Shown piece after piece: positions 1 through 9,835 of a stretch of 64,000 bases of DNA. Below the pieces are notes generated by a model. It searched no databases. It saw nothing but the letters and a program-made list of their open reading frames with translations, and had not been told where the DNA came from. The position numbers were made by a program, and so were the translations under genes. The stretch is from a virus: positions 1 through 64,000 of IMG/VR virus record IMGVR_UViG_3300023184_008808; one strand, given 5' to 3'. Numbering within the stretch: position 1 is the first letter of the stretch; each line of letters begins with the position of its first letter.

Positions 1-175
1 TTCGCCTTCAGCACCTTCAGCACCTTCAGCACCTTCTTCACCTTCAGCACCTTCTTCACCTTCAGCACCTTCTTCACCTTCAGCACCTTCTTCACCTTCA
101 GTGCCTTCTTCACCTTCAGTGCCTTCTTCACCTTCAATGCCTTCTTCGCCTTCAATGCCTTCTTCGCCTTCAGCA
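1..175. repeat. 18-bp coding tandem repeat (ccttcttcaccttcagca variants) encoding EGEEGA/T/I
   Basis: Directly visible and in frame on the minus strand. Confidence 0.95.
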
Positions 176-855
176 TCGGCATGGTGACTAACTTCTCCTT
201 CTTCCTCTCCTTCTTCATCACCAACAGGAGGAGCTACCATTTCATTCAGTGCAAATCCAAGAAGTTTGCGAGCATATTTTTCATCATTTTCAAGAATTTT
301 GGCAATAACTTTGATGCCTTCAGGTTGAATGGCCATTGTTTCTAAAAAAGTATTAAATATTTTAGTTCGCTTCATTTCAAGAATAGAGTCTTTAATATAA
401 GCAACATTTGTTGAACAAACAATTGCTGCTTCTTTGATAACTTGAAAAGGACGGCTATCTTCTGTAAACCCTTCAAGTCTTTCTTTGCGAATTTTACTTG
501 TGAAAGTTGCTAAATCAAGATTGGAATTTTGTTCAAGCCATTCTTTTGTATTTTTTGGATAATTTCCAAGATCTTTCAATTTCAATGAAGGCTGATGACC
601 TTTATGAGAAATAACAAGCTTTTTATCGCCTTGGTGAGCAAATCCTTTTTCGCTTTTATTTGGATTTGGTGCGTTTTTACCGCCCTTATAAGGATTGGGC
701 TTGCCCATTTGACCAACACCGCCTGCATTATGAGGCATGTCGCCTTTTTCAGGGGCATCTTTTTCTGGTCCTTGATAATCAGGAATTATAGCCACTTTAG
801 GCTTTTTAACTTCCTTGGTTTTCTCAACATATTCTTGAAACGACATGTATCCCAT
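1..855 (-). CDS. Acidic-repeat protein, partial (runs off the window); probable virion internal protein
   Basis: Manual translation MGYMSFQEYVEK...; open to position 1; SD GGGAGA; C-terminal EGEEG(A/T/I) repeats; missing from the ORF track because no stop lies in the window. Confidence 0.85.
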   Translation of the reverse strand, partial: MGYMSFQEYVEKTKEVKKPKVAIIPDYQGPEKDAPEKGDMPHNAGGVGQMGKPNPYKGGKNAPNPNKSEKGFAHQGDKKLVISHKGHQPSLKLKDLGNYPKNTKEWLEQNSNLDLATFTSKIRKERLEGFTEDSRPFQVIKEAAIVCSTNVAYIKDSILEMKRTKIFNTFLETMAIQPEGIKVIAKILENDEKYARKLLGFALNEMVAPPVGDEEGEEEGEVSHHADAEGEEGIEGEEGIEGEEGTEGEEGTEGEEGAEGEEGAEGEEGAEGEEGAEGAEGAEGE

Positions 856-954
856 GATATTCTCCCAATTGTTCTGGCTTTTACATAATGTTGCCTATTA
901 ACCTATATAAGGGGGGTGTGTGCAAAAATATGAATAGGTTTTGCACAAAATATA

Positions 955-1305
955 GGGGCCGAACTAGTTTCGATTCGAAGGCTAGAGGTTCATGTGGCAT
1001 GCAGAGGTTCATCGAGAGGCCTCTTTAAAACTCGATGCGTCAATTAAATGGCGAATCTGTTCTTGCTATGGCTGCTTAATTAAAGCTGCCTTTGGACTGC
1101 GGGGGCGATGTGAGTAGCGCTCAAAAGTCCATTGTTAAATCTCACTAGTCTTTTGTTGCCAACTAACAATTGATGAAAATTAAGTTGGAAAAGCCTGAAG
1201 GGGATTTGCCTGATGTTCCTTGATGGTGTTTTTAAACAACAGGACAAGCATGTAGAGGCAGAGCTAAAGGATTCGAAGACTGCGGGGCGGTACCGCACGG
1301 CTCCA
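955..1305 (+). ncRNA. ssrA: tmRNA, one-piece; tag (A)GESVLAMAA at 1050-1079
   Basis: 5' GGGGCCG pairs with 3' CGGCTCC-A with a G3:U pair; T-arm TGCGG/CCGCA; tag ORF after TTAAAT ends in AA-stop; ~350 nt; CCA not encoded. Confidence 0.93.
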
Positions 1306-1371
1306 TTATTATTATTTGCCAATATTCTTTTATTGTTTTATCATGGTATAAAGACTTTTGGGTCATCTTCC

Positions 1372-2592
1372 ATGAAAATATCTATATTTACTCCAACTCA
1401 TAACACCAAGTATCTTTTTCGATTGTATGAAACAATTAAAGATCAAACATATCAAAACTGGGAATGGATTATAGTTCCTAATAATGGTGCTGTTGTAAAT
1501 TTACCTCAAGATTCTCGCATTAAAATTTTTGGCACTAACGATTCATCAAACATTGGCTTTTTAAAAAGTTTTGCTTGTGCCCAAGCTACAGGTGAAGTTT
1601 ATATAGAAGTCGATCATGATGATGAGCTTTTTCCTAATGCACTTGAAGAATGTGTAAACGCATTTAAAGATCCAACGATAGATTTTGTTTACAGCAATTG
1701 TTGCGATGTTCGTGAAAATTACACTCCTCGTTTCTTTGGAGAAGCATTTGGATGGATAAATCGTCCTTGTGTGTATAAGGGCCATCAGTTGGTTGAAATG
1801 GTAGCTTTTGATCCATTGCCAGCAGCTATAAGTCGTATTTGGTATGCTCCAAATCATTTTCGAGCATGGAGAGCAAGTTTTTATAAAAAAATTGGTGGAC
1901 ATGACACAAAGCTTGATGTTTTAGATGATCAAGATATTATTTGCAGAACATATATTCACGGAAAAATGCATCATATAAATAAACCTTTATATGTATATCA
2001 CATACATGATCAGAATACTTGTTATGGTGAAAAAAATGCTCGCATTCAAGAGATGACTCTTGAATTACATGATAAATATATTTATCAAATTGTAGAAAAG
2101 TGGTGTGATATTAACAATCTGAGAAAGATAGATCTTTGTGGTGGTCATAGCAAGCCACAGGGGTATGAAAGTGTTGATCTTGATAATGGTGATATCAAAG
2201 CTGATCTTAATCAGCATTGGCCTTTTGATGATGGTTCTGTCGGATTATTTCGTGCACATGATGCTTTGGAGCATCTTAGAGATAATGTCCACACTATGAA
2301 GGAAATTTACAGATGTTTAGCTCCAAATGGTTGGTTGCTTAGTTTGACTCCTAGCACAGATGGACGAGGTGCGTTTCAAGACCCTACTCATGTATCATTT
2401 TGGAACAGCAACAGTTTTTGGTATTATACTCGTGCTGAACAGGCAAAATATATTGGAACGCCGGTTAAATTTCAAACAGTTCGCATTAAGAATTTTTTTC
2501 CAAATCCTTGGTGTGAACAGCACAACATTGTTTATGTAAAAGCTGATTTGCTTAAATTTTTTGGTCGCACTCCGGGTGCTATTGAAATTTAA
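1372..2592 (+). CDS. GT2 glycosyltransferase fused to a class I SAM methyltransferase
   Basis: ISIFTPTHN, EVDHDD; C-terminal DLCGG...ALEHL...EIYRCLAPNG...DPTH; start moved downstream of the tmRNA. Confidence 0.85.
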   Translation: MKISIFTPTHNTKYLFRLYETIKDQTYQNWEWIIVPNNGAVVNLPQDSRIKIFGTNDSSNIGFLKSFACAQATGEVYIEVDHDDELFPNALEECVNAFKDPTIDFVYSNCCDVRENYTPRFFGEAFGWINRPCVYKGHQLVEMVAFDPLPAAISRIWYAPNHFRAWRASFYKKIGGHDTKLDVLDDQDIICRTYIHGKMHHINKPLYVYHIHDQNTCYGEKNARIQEMTLELHDKYIYQIVEKWCDINNLRKIDLCGGHSKPQGYESVDLDNGDIKADLNQHWPFDDGSVGLFRAHDALEHLRDNVHTMKEIYRCLAPNGWLLSLTPSTDGRGAFQDPTHVSFWNSNSFWYYTRAEQAKYIGTPVKFQTVRIKNFFPNPWCEQHNIVYVKADLLKFFGRTPGAIEI

Positions 2593-2682
2593 AAATAAAT
2601 GGTTTATATTGCGTTTTGATCAACAACCAAATAAGCAAGGTATTTATTGGCTTTGAAATTTCAACTATTGCGAAAGAAAAAG

Positions 2683-3615
2683 ATGACAAATAAAAGGCTT
2701 TATGACTTTGTGATTGAGAATGAAATAGATTCTCCAAAAGAAGATAAAATAACATCTTGTTGTCAATGGTCAACATCTGATGGAATTCATTTTATACCAA
2801 CTGCGCAAACAAAGCCTATTCTTACTCCGGGAACTTATGATATTCGGTTTAATCAAACTAACGGTCTTTATTTTGAAAAAGTTCCAGTGATAACAACTGG
2901 TCTTATTCGGTTTCCAGAAACTAATTCTGATAAAATCATTAGTGAAATCCAGAATTTTTGGGAACGGGAAAGTATTTTTCGTGAATACAAGTTGCACTAT
3001 AAGCGAGGAATTGTTCTTTATGGTCCTCCCGGTTCAGGTAAATCTTGTACGATTCAACTTGTGATGCAGGATGTTATTGAAAGAAATGGAGTTGTTATAA
3101 ATTTTACTAATCCTAGTCTTTTTTTGCAGGGTGTTCGAAAATTTCGTGAAATTCAACCTCATAGTCCTGTAGTTGTTTTGATGGAAGATATTGATTCAAT
3201 TTTAGAAATTCATAGCGAAAGTGAAGTTTTAAATGTTCTTGATGGTGTTAATCAAATTGATAAGGTTGTCTTTTTAGCTACAACAAATTATCCTGAAAAA
3301 TTAGGTGATAGAATAATCAACCGTCCTAGCCGATTTGATAAACGATTCAAAATTGGACCTCCGAATGAAGAAAGTAGGCGTTTATATCTTGTTCATATCA
3401 TGGGAGGTGAGGAAAAAATTGTTGAACTAAAAGTTAATCTTGAAAAATGGATTAAAGAAACTAAAGATTTTAGTTTGGCTCACCTTAAAGAATTGTTTAT
3501 TGCTGTCGTTATTCTTGGTGATTCTTATGATGATGCTCTTGAAGCACTTATTAAAATGAAAGAAGAAGATTTAAGTTCAAAAGATGATGAGCCTCGCATG
3601 GGTTTTGGTCTTTGA
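2683..3615 (+). CDS. AAA+ ATPase
   Basis: GPPGSGKS, MEDID, TTNYPE, RPSRFD. Confidence 0.9.
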   Translation: MTNKRLYDFVIENEIDSPKEDKITSCCQWSTSDGIHFIPTAQTKPILTPGTYDIRFNQTNGLYFEKVPVITTGLIRFPETNSDKIISEIQNFWERESIFREYKLHYKRGIVLYGPPGSGKSCTIQLVMQDVIERNGVVINFTNPSLFLQGVRKFREIQPHSPVVVLMEDIDSILEIHSESEVLNVLDGVNQIDKVVFLATTNYPEKLGDRIINRPSRFDKRFKIGPPNEESRRLYLVHIMGGEEKIVELKVNLEKWIKETKDFSLAHLKELFIAVVILGDSYDDALEALIKMKEEDLSSKDDEPRMGFGL

Positions 3616-3622
3616 GGTAAAT

Positions 3623-4138
3623 ATGAACGAACCAATTCTTTTGGCTAAAGAATACATTATTGTTATTGACACTGATACGCCATCTTTTGATTTTGCTCGT
3701 CCTTTGTGTGCATACTCCACTGGATATGAACATGAAGCCAATAAACTTCAAGATATGAGTGAACTTTTTTATGAAGAAACTAAATTAGAAGGAAAAAATC
3801 CTTTTGATGGATTTATTGAAGACCGTCTTGATGATGAGAATTTTTATTCGCCTTGTTCGGTGATGTTAAATAAAAATTATGGTTGTGATGGTAGTGGCAA
3901 CTATGCCATTTTAGATCAATCAAATTTTGCCAACTTCAATTATCCTGCTCCCCTGAGTGTAGGAATATTTTTTGCAAATGAACCAAACTCAGACCAACTT
4001 TCCATGATTAAAACACGAACTCAAAAGTTTTTTGAAAAAGTTTGGCCAGAAAAATCTGGTTCTAATCAAAAAGTTAAATTTGAGGGTATGCGTTTAATTA
4101 TTCAGACTAAATATGGTGAAGAAAAAGTCTTGGACTAG
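3623..4138 (+). CDS. hypothetical protein
   Basis: SD GAGGT; ORF. Confidence 0.7.
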   Translation: MNEPILLAKEYIIVIDTDTPSFDFARPLCAYSTGYEHEANKLQDMSELFYEETKLEGKNPFDGFIEDRLDDENFYSPCSVMLNKNYGCDGSGNYAILDQSNFANFNYPAPLSVGIFFANEPNSDQLSMIKTRTQKFFEKVWPEKSGSNQKVKFEGMRLIIQTKYGEEKVLD

Positions 4139-4189
4139 ATTCTTGTCTCCCAATAAGTTATTCTATTGTGATTATGGGAGCACAATATT

Positions 4190-6937
4190 ATGAGCAAGGA
4201 AAGATTTGAAAGCCTGTGTCTTCAGGCCCTGAAATCTCGTGGATTAGAACAAAATCTTCGTTACATCAAGCGATTAAAATGGGAAGTTGAGGAAATTCTT
4301 GGCAAAGAAAAGCAAGATTATTTTCTTGATCTTTATGACCGTAAAATTCGCTATCCTTATAACCAAAACAATCTTCTTGTGTGTTGGTTGCTTGGAATTG
4401 TTCCAGATTGTGATGTTGATAAAGAACCCAACAATGTTTTTACAGGCGACCTTCCTGATATTGATGTTGATTACATTCCTATCGTTCGTGATTACTTAAA
4501 AAATGTTTGGGCTCCAAAAACATTTGGCGAAGAATATGTCTGCAACATTGGCAATTACACTACCTTCGGCTTGAAAAATGCACTCATTGATATGGCTCGT
4601 GTAATTGATCAATCTCGTGATGAAGCTCAAGAAATCACTAAAAATCTTGACGCAAAAGATGATGAAGGCAAGCCTTTAAATTGGGATTCAGCAATTAAAC
4701 TATATCCTGAATTAAAAAAATACGCAGATGAACATCCTGAAGTAGTTGAAGCCGCCAAGATGATGGTTAATAGAAATCGTGGTATGGGAGTTCATGCTGG
4801 AGGTTTGATCATATCGAGTATACCTTTGCATGATCTTGTTCCACTTGTTAAGCGTAAAGACAGTCCTCAAGCAAGTTCTTGGGTCGAAGGTTTAAATGGT
4901 CAAGATTTACAACCAGTGGGTTTGGTAAAGTTTGATTTGCTTGTTATTTCAAATCTTTTACAAATTGCTCGTTGTTGTCAAATTATTAAAGAGCGTCATG
5001 GTTTGGAAGGTATTTGTAATATTGCAGGCGGTCCTGATTGGAGTGATGTATCTAAATGGCGAAATGATTCTAAAGCTTTAGAGATGGCAAATACAGGTGA
5101 TTTGAAATGTGTTTTCCAGTTTGATTCAGAGGGTATGCGTAGTTTGGTTCGTTCAGGTGGCGTTGATCGTTTTGAAGATTTGGTGGCTTATTCTGCTTTG
5201 TTTCGACCCGGATGTTTAAAGATGGGGATGGATAAGCGTTATATTGAACGCAAAAAAAATAGAGAATCATTTGAGCTTCATCCTTTGATGTACCCAATAT
5301 TAGATAAGACATATGGAGTTATGGTTTATCAAGAACAGATCATGCGGATTTTGCATGTTGTAGGCGATATCCCTTTAAAAGATTGCGAAGCTGTTCGTAA
5401 GGCAATTAGCAAGAAAAAGATTGAATCTTTTATCAAGTATAAAGAAATGTTTATTGTTAATGGACAGAAAAATTTAAGTGTTGACCAGAAAGCTGTTGAA
5501 GATTTGTGGGCTCAGGTCGAAGCTTTTTCTGAATATGGTTTTAATTTGAGTCATGCTGTCGCTTATACATATATTTCTATGCGGTTAATATGGCTTAAAG
5601 CTCATTATCCCCATGAGTTTTATGCTTCTATGCTCAGCTGCGAAACCTTGAGCGAAAAAATTAAAGACTACAAAATGGAAGCTAGGGTTCATGGTGTAGA
5701 CATGCATCGTCTAGATGTTAACAAGTCCAAAGTCAATTTTGATTTGCAAGATAAAATGATTTATTTTGGATTTAGCAATGTGCGAGGGATAGGGGAATCT
5801 CCAGCAAAGAAAATTGTAGCTAATCAGCCTTATTCTTCTTTTGAAGATTTTCTTATTCGTTGCGGAACAGATTCTTCCATGTTAAAGCCAATTATTGGTC
5901 TAAGATGTTTTCGAGATAGTGATCCAATTACACTTTGGAAATTTGCCGAACATTTTAAAGATTGTCTGAAAAAGGGAGAAGCAAAGCGAAAAAGATTTTA
6001 TGATTCTGTTTCAAGATACGAAGATGATTTTAAAGAACTTGTTCCTGATGAAACTGTGACTTTAGCCGATTTAAGTGGAGATATGCCTTTTGATGATTCT
6101 TATTGGAAGGACAAATACAACAAAGAAGAATTTATAGAAACAACGAAAGAGGTTGAATGTGAAGAGGGAGAAGGAAAGCCTCGAATCGTTGCCAAAGAAA
6201 TTGATACTGGTGATGATAATGTTGTTATTGAACAGGAAAAGACTGTTTATTTTAAGAATATTTTAGTAGTTAAGCAATGGAATCGTTGGAAAGCTCTTAG
6301 GCAATTGTGGATGCGTAGAAAGCGTACATTAGGAAGTGGGAATGATACTGCTCCAATCAATCTTCCTAAGTTGATTGATTTTAATCCTAATGAATATTCA
6401 ATTCCAAATGATTTGTTAAAACTATTTCGTGATCCCGTTGCTTGCGAACGAGAATATTATGGTTTTGCTTGGATTCATGAATTAGAACGAAGTCCAGATT
6501 ATCGAGGCAATCTTACATTTGACGCATTGAAAAATGACATTCATAATACTGTTGCCCCTGTAGAGGTTACTGTAAAGAAATGTTCCGTAGTAACAAGTAA
6601 AAAAGGAACAACTTATCGTCAGGTTCTGGCCGAAGATGTAACAGGACAGCAAAATAGAATCAATATTTGGGATGACGATTGGCAGCGTTGGCAACAAGAA
6701 TTTAAGGCTGATAACTTACTTAGATTGCGTCTACAGCCTCCCTCAGGTGGTTTCAATACTTTCACTTTAGAAAGCAATCAAAAAGGAAAGTATCGTGGAA
6801 TCAAAAGATATCCTGATAAAGCTCATGATCCTAGAGTATGGGTGATGCAGATGGGCAAAAAGGAAGAGGATAAATATCTTACCGATGAAGAGGCCCTCGA
6901 ACAATTTGATGATTGCATAATGGAAAATTCCAAATGA
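4190..6937 (+). CDS. dnaE: DNA polymerase III alpha subunit lacking the PHP domain
   Basis: PDIDVDY, HAGG, KFDLL, VFQFDS, YQEQIM, FNLSHAVAY, HhH VRGIG, OB fold. Confidence 0.93.
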   Translation: MSKERFESLCLQALKSRGLEQNLRYIKRLKWEVEEILGKEKQDYFLDLYDRKIRYPYNQNNLLVCWLLGIVPDCDVDKEPNNVFTGDLPDIDVDYIPIVRDYLKNVWAPKTFGEEYVCNIGNYTTFGLKNALIDMARVIDQSRDEAQEITKNLDAKDDEGKPLNWDSAIKLYPELKKYADEHPEVVEAAKMMVNRNRGMGVHAGGLIISSIPLHDLVPLVKRKDSPQASSWVEGLNGQDLQPVGLVKFDLLVISNLLQIARCCQIIKERHGLEGICNIAGGPDWSDVSKWRNDSKALEMANTGDLKCVFQFDSEGMRSLVRSGGVDRFEDLVAYSALFRPGCLKMGMDKRYIERKKNRESFELHPLMYPILDKTYGVMVYQEQIMRILHVVGDIPLKDCEAVRKAISKKKIESFIKYKEMFIVNGQKNLSVDQKAVEDLWAQVEAFSEYGFNLSHAVAYTYISMRLIWLKAHYPHEFYASMLSCETLSEKIKDYKMEARVHGVDMHRLDVNKSKVNFDLQDKMIYFGFSNVRGIGESPAKKIVANQPYSSFEDFLIRCGTDSSMLKPIIGLRCFRDSDPITLWKFAEHFKDCLKKGEAKRKRFYDSVSRYEDDFKELVPDETVTLADLSGDMPFDDSYWKDKYNKEEFIETTKEVECEEGEGKPRIVAKEIDTGDDNVVIEQEKTVYFKNILVVKQWNRWKALRQLWMRRKRTLGSGNDTAPINLPKLIDFNPNEYSIPNDLLKLFRDPVACEREYYGFAWIHELERSPDYRGNLTFDALKNDIHNTVAPVEVTVKKCSVVTSKKGTTYRQVLAEDVTGQQNRINIWDDDWQRWQQEFKADNLLRLRLQPPSGGFNTFTLESNQKGKYRGIKRYPDKAHDPRVWVMQMGKKEEDKYLTDEEALEQFDDCIMENSK

Positions 6938-7458
6938 ACGAAGAACTTATAATTGATGAAAAAAACTTTAGTCAATATTTTAGGGATTGCCGTATCAATC
7001 GCCCAGAACGAGGTGATGTTATGGCAAGGTATGTTGCTGTTGCTCAGTTAGTTGATGGGCAAATGAAGAAAAATCTTGTGGATTTGCTTTCCAATAAAGA
7101 TAAGGCTTATGCAGCTACTCAAGTAATGCGAAAACTTGGATGTGCTACTCAGAAAGATGCTATTCGAGTTTGTCGTGAAATGGCTGAAGATTTGAATAAT
7201 GGGCTATCATCAGAAGAAGTTGAAAAAAAGATTTATGAATATGAACTTGAGACTTTTTTTTATACAAAAAAAGAATATGTTCCATTAGATGATCCACACT
7301 GGTCTATTATTAGCCTTGTTAATCTTGATACATTTTTAGATGCGTCTAATCAGAAGCTTAGCATGAAGATGAGGGTCATGTCACCTGAAGAAACTCAGGA
7401 ACTTGCCCCAATCCAGTCTGATGAGACAGGAGCGGTTAAGGATGAAATTCAAGTTTAG
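6934..7458 (+). CDS. hypothetical protein
   Basis: ATGA overlap with the dnaE stop. Confidence 0.75.
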   Translation: MNEELIIDEKNFSQYFRDCRINRPERGDVMARYVAVAQLVDGQMKKNLVDLLSNKDKAYAATQVMRKLGCATQKDAIRVCREMAEDLNNGLSSEEVEKKIYEYELETFFYTKKEYVPLDDPHWSIISLVNLDTFLDASNQKLSMKMRVMSPEETQELAPIQSDETGAVKDEIQV

Positions 7459-8011
7459 TGAAAGCCAATGTGAATTGGTAGATTCGGCATATAAACCTCA
7501 GAAAGGTATGTTTGCTCAATGTAAACATTTTAAAGATGGAAGACATAAGATTGACCATTGGTGGTATTGCCGAGAAATTTTTCATAATGTACTTAAAAAT
7601 TTAAATATTTTCTTTTTTAGTCATGTTCGTGGACATGGTCAAGGTGTAGCTGCTTTTATAGCTAAAATAGAAAATATTATTGATGTGCAGCCTAGAACTG
7701 AAATGGGTCCTACGCAACAAAAGACTATTATGTGGATTAGGCCTAGTAAATGGTGGACTGATGTTGGTATGCGTAGATCTCTTTTTACCATTCTTCTTCG
7801 AGCAGGACAGGCATATAAAGTTTCTAAAGATAATTTTGATGAAGCGTCTCGTAGTTATAAATACTTAGAAGAAACTTTATATGCTTTTCACCGTTTTTTG
7901 AACGGTGGCACTAAGTATACTGGTCGTAAACGAGGATGGCATAAACAGTTCAATAAAATGAATTTAAGTAAAGAAGATGTTGATAAATTACTTATTAGCC
8001 CTCAAAAATGA
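7442..8011 (+). CDS. hypothetical protein, paralog of 34552-35211
   Basis: Shared CRE, RSLxTILxR, KDNFD and GW motifs. Confidence 0.75.
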   Translation: MKFKFSESQCELVDSAYKPQKGMFAQCKHFKDGRHKIDHWWYCREIFHNVLKNLNIFFFSHVRGHGQGVAAFIAKIENIIDVQPRTEMGPTQQKTIMWIRPSKWWTDVGMRRSLFTILLRAGQAYKVSKDNFDEASRSYKYLEETLYAFHRFLNGGTKYTGRKRGWHKQFNKMNLSKEDVDKLLISPQK

Positions 8012-8062
8012 ATAATCGATAAGTATATACATCAATATGCATTGCCATATAAAAGGAATACC

Positions 8063-8674
8063 ATGAACCAGTTTCGTCAGGATATAGAAGATTTTTCTAA
8101 AATTTGGGATAAAGCACTAGCGGATGGTGTTTTTGATGACGCCCCCAAAACTGCCCCTAGAGTGCTTGATCTCAGTAACGATAATAATACTGATTTTTTT
8201 GGACAAAATCTTAGTGCAGCTTATAACATTGATGCACCTTTAAATGAGGCTGATGTTAAAGCGTGGCGTGATTTGGCTAAAACTGCTGCTGATCATAGCC
8301 CTTATTTTAATCCTGTAAATGAAGAGCGTGAATACAGTAAAGGCGAAACTAAAAAGGCTTCAAAAAAGCTTGGTAGCACCTTTAATCCTGTATATCCAAA
8401 CACCATTAACAAAGATCAAGATTTGGGAACTCCTGTTAAGGTAACGCAAAATTGGGGTGTTGGTGGTAAAGAATTAAATGATCTTGAAGACTTAAAAAAA
8501 AGACTTCATGCACTTGAGATTAAGCTTAGTCAAGCTGGCATTTTGAAAATTCAAACCAACAAAAAGAAAAAAGATTCAGATGATAGCACCATTCAAAAAG
8601 GCATAAATGATTTAAAAAAACAAATCGATGATTTGAGTGATAAATTAAATGGCAACAGGAATGACGCAGACTAA
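8063..8674 (+). CDS. coiled-coil hypothetical protein
   Basis: SD AAGGA; C-terminal heptads. Confidence 0.7.
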   Translation: MNQFRQDIEDFSKIWDKALADGVFDDAPKTAPRVLDLSNDNNTDFFGQNLSAAYNIDAPLNEADVKAWRDLAKTAADHSPYFNPVNEEREYSKGETKKASKKLGSTFNPVYPNTINKDQDLGTPVKVTQNWGVGGKELNDLEDLKKRLHALEIKLSQAGILKIQTNKKKKDSDDSTIQKGINDLKKQIDDLSDKLNGNRNDAD

Positions 8675-8701
8675 TTTTAAGAATTTAAGCGACAATATTA
8701 A

Positions 8702-8741
8702 AAGGCTGTATCTACTAGATGTAGGTATAGCCTTAATTTTT
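8702..8741 (+). terminator. intrinsic terminator-like hairpin
   Basis: AAGGCTGTATCTA/TAGGTATAGCCTT followed by a T-run. Confidence 0.65.
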
Positions 8742-8839
8742 ATAATATAAAATACCAATCAAAATGATTTGATAATTTGAATTTAATGATGATCCCTCTA
8801 TGATTGAATATATCATTGAAACGAAAATAGGGGGGCAAA

Positions 8840-9373
8840 ATGTCAAATTTATCTAAGGCATCTCCAGATACTATTCAACTTTTATCCACAGTAAAATTAA
8901 AATATCATTCTCCCAGATTGGATGATTGTCAAATCGCTGTTTGTTTTGATGATGGCAAAGCATTTGTGAAGAATAAGTTGAATCTTGGGAAATTAAGCAA
9001 ATTTTCTGCTGCCGCCAAGTTGTGGCAAAAAGAAAAATATGATTTTTGTCTTGTTATTCCAATTGATCTTTGGATGAATGTTCTACAGGCTAATAGCCGA
9101 GAGGCTTATTTAGATTTAATGCTGACAAGATTGAATATGGAATATCTTCCAGAAACTGTTGAAGATAATGGCAAGAAGCAAAAAGTAGTTGATGATTTTG
9201 GCCGAATTCAGTATAGCAATATACCCAAAACGGATAAAGAAGGAAATGTAAAGTGGAAGATTGACTCACTTGATTTGGAAGTTTTTGCTAAAAATGTGAG
9301 TAGATATGGATTATGGCAGGAAGATTTATTTAAACTTCACGAAGCAATGACTGCTGCTGCTTCTAAAAAGTGA
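8840..9373 (+). CDS. phage putative-metallopeptidase-like protein lacking HExxH
   Basis: YDFCLVI, KWKI..LDLEVF..V.RYGLW pattern; LDLMLTR in place of DHELxH. Confidence 0.65.
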   Translation: MSNLSKASPDTIQLLSTVKLKYHSPRLDDCQIAVCFDDGKAFVKNKLNLGKLSKFSAAAKLWQKEKYDFCLVIPIDLWMNVLQANSREAYLDLMLTRLNMEYLPETVEDNGKKQKVVDDFGRIQYSNIPKTDKEGNVKWKIDSLDLEVFAKNVSRYGLWQEDLFKLHEAMTAAASKK

Positions 9374-9380
9374 GGACTTT

Positions 9381-9818
9381 GTGGGTCAGTCAAAAATCCT
9401 TGAGATTATATTGGTTGGCATGTGGCTCCTCATTGCCATAAATTTTTATTTTAAATATAAACCTTCTCAAAATGAGCCTGTTCCATTACCGCATGTTTTG
9501 GAAACTCCCGATATATCCACAAATTATAAAGGCAAAAGCTTTTTTGTGCGTCGTGTCAATGTTAATACAGGTAGTAGTTATGATTTTACTTTAAAGGACG
9601 AAGTCGTTACTCGTATTCTTGGCGAGCTTTCGGTTGCAGCAACTAAAGAATCTAGGCAAAAGATTATAGAACTTTTAAATCATACTGATTCTCCTCGAAT
9701 TATTTTGCGAGATCGTCGAAGTGATGGTAAATGGCTTGTTGATTTTTTTGTAGTAGAAAATGGAAATGAAATAAATGTTGCTGATTGGTTGAAGAAAAAT
9801 AAACTCGTTTATCAGTGA
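9381..9818 (+). CDS. membrane-anchored protein, degenerate thermonuclease (SNase)-like
   Basis: N-terminal TM; DGKWLVDFFV..INVADWLKKNKL resembles the SNase C-terminus. Confidence 0.55.
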   Translation: MGQSKILEIILVGMWLLIAINFYFKYKPSQNEPVPLPHVLETPDISTNYKGKSFFVRRVNVNTGSSYDFTLKDEVVTRILGELSVAATKESRQKIIELLNHTDSPRIILRDRRSDGKWLVDFFVVENGNEINVADWLKKNKLVYQ

Positions 9819-9835
9819 TGCTACTCTTATAAGTT

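Noticed and set aside
1-175. Repeat array as CRISPR
   Set aside because: Contiguous 18-bp in-frame coding repeats with no spacers and no cas genes.
595-888. Plus-strand 97-aa ORF
   Set aside because: Shadow of the minus-strand gene starting at 855.
1080-1371. ORF 1080-1322 and the 1213 start of the glycosyltransferase
   Set aside because: Both overlap the tmRNA; the GT2 domain begins at 1372.
5970-6420. Intein in DnaE
   Set aside because: No HN-(C/S/T) terminus or LAGLIDADG motifs.
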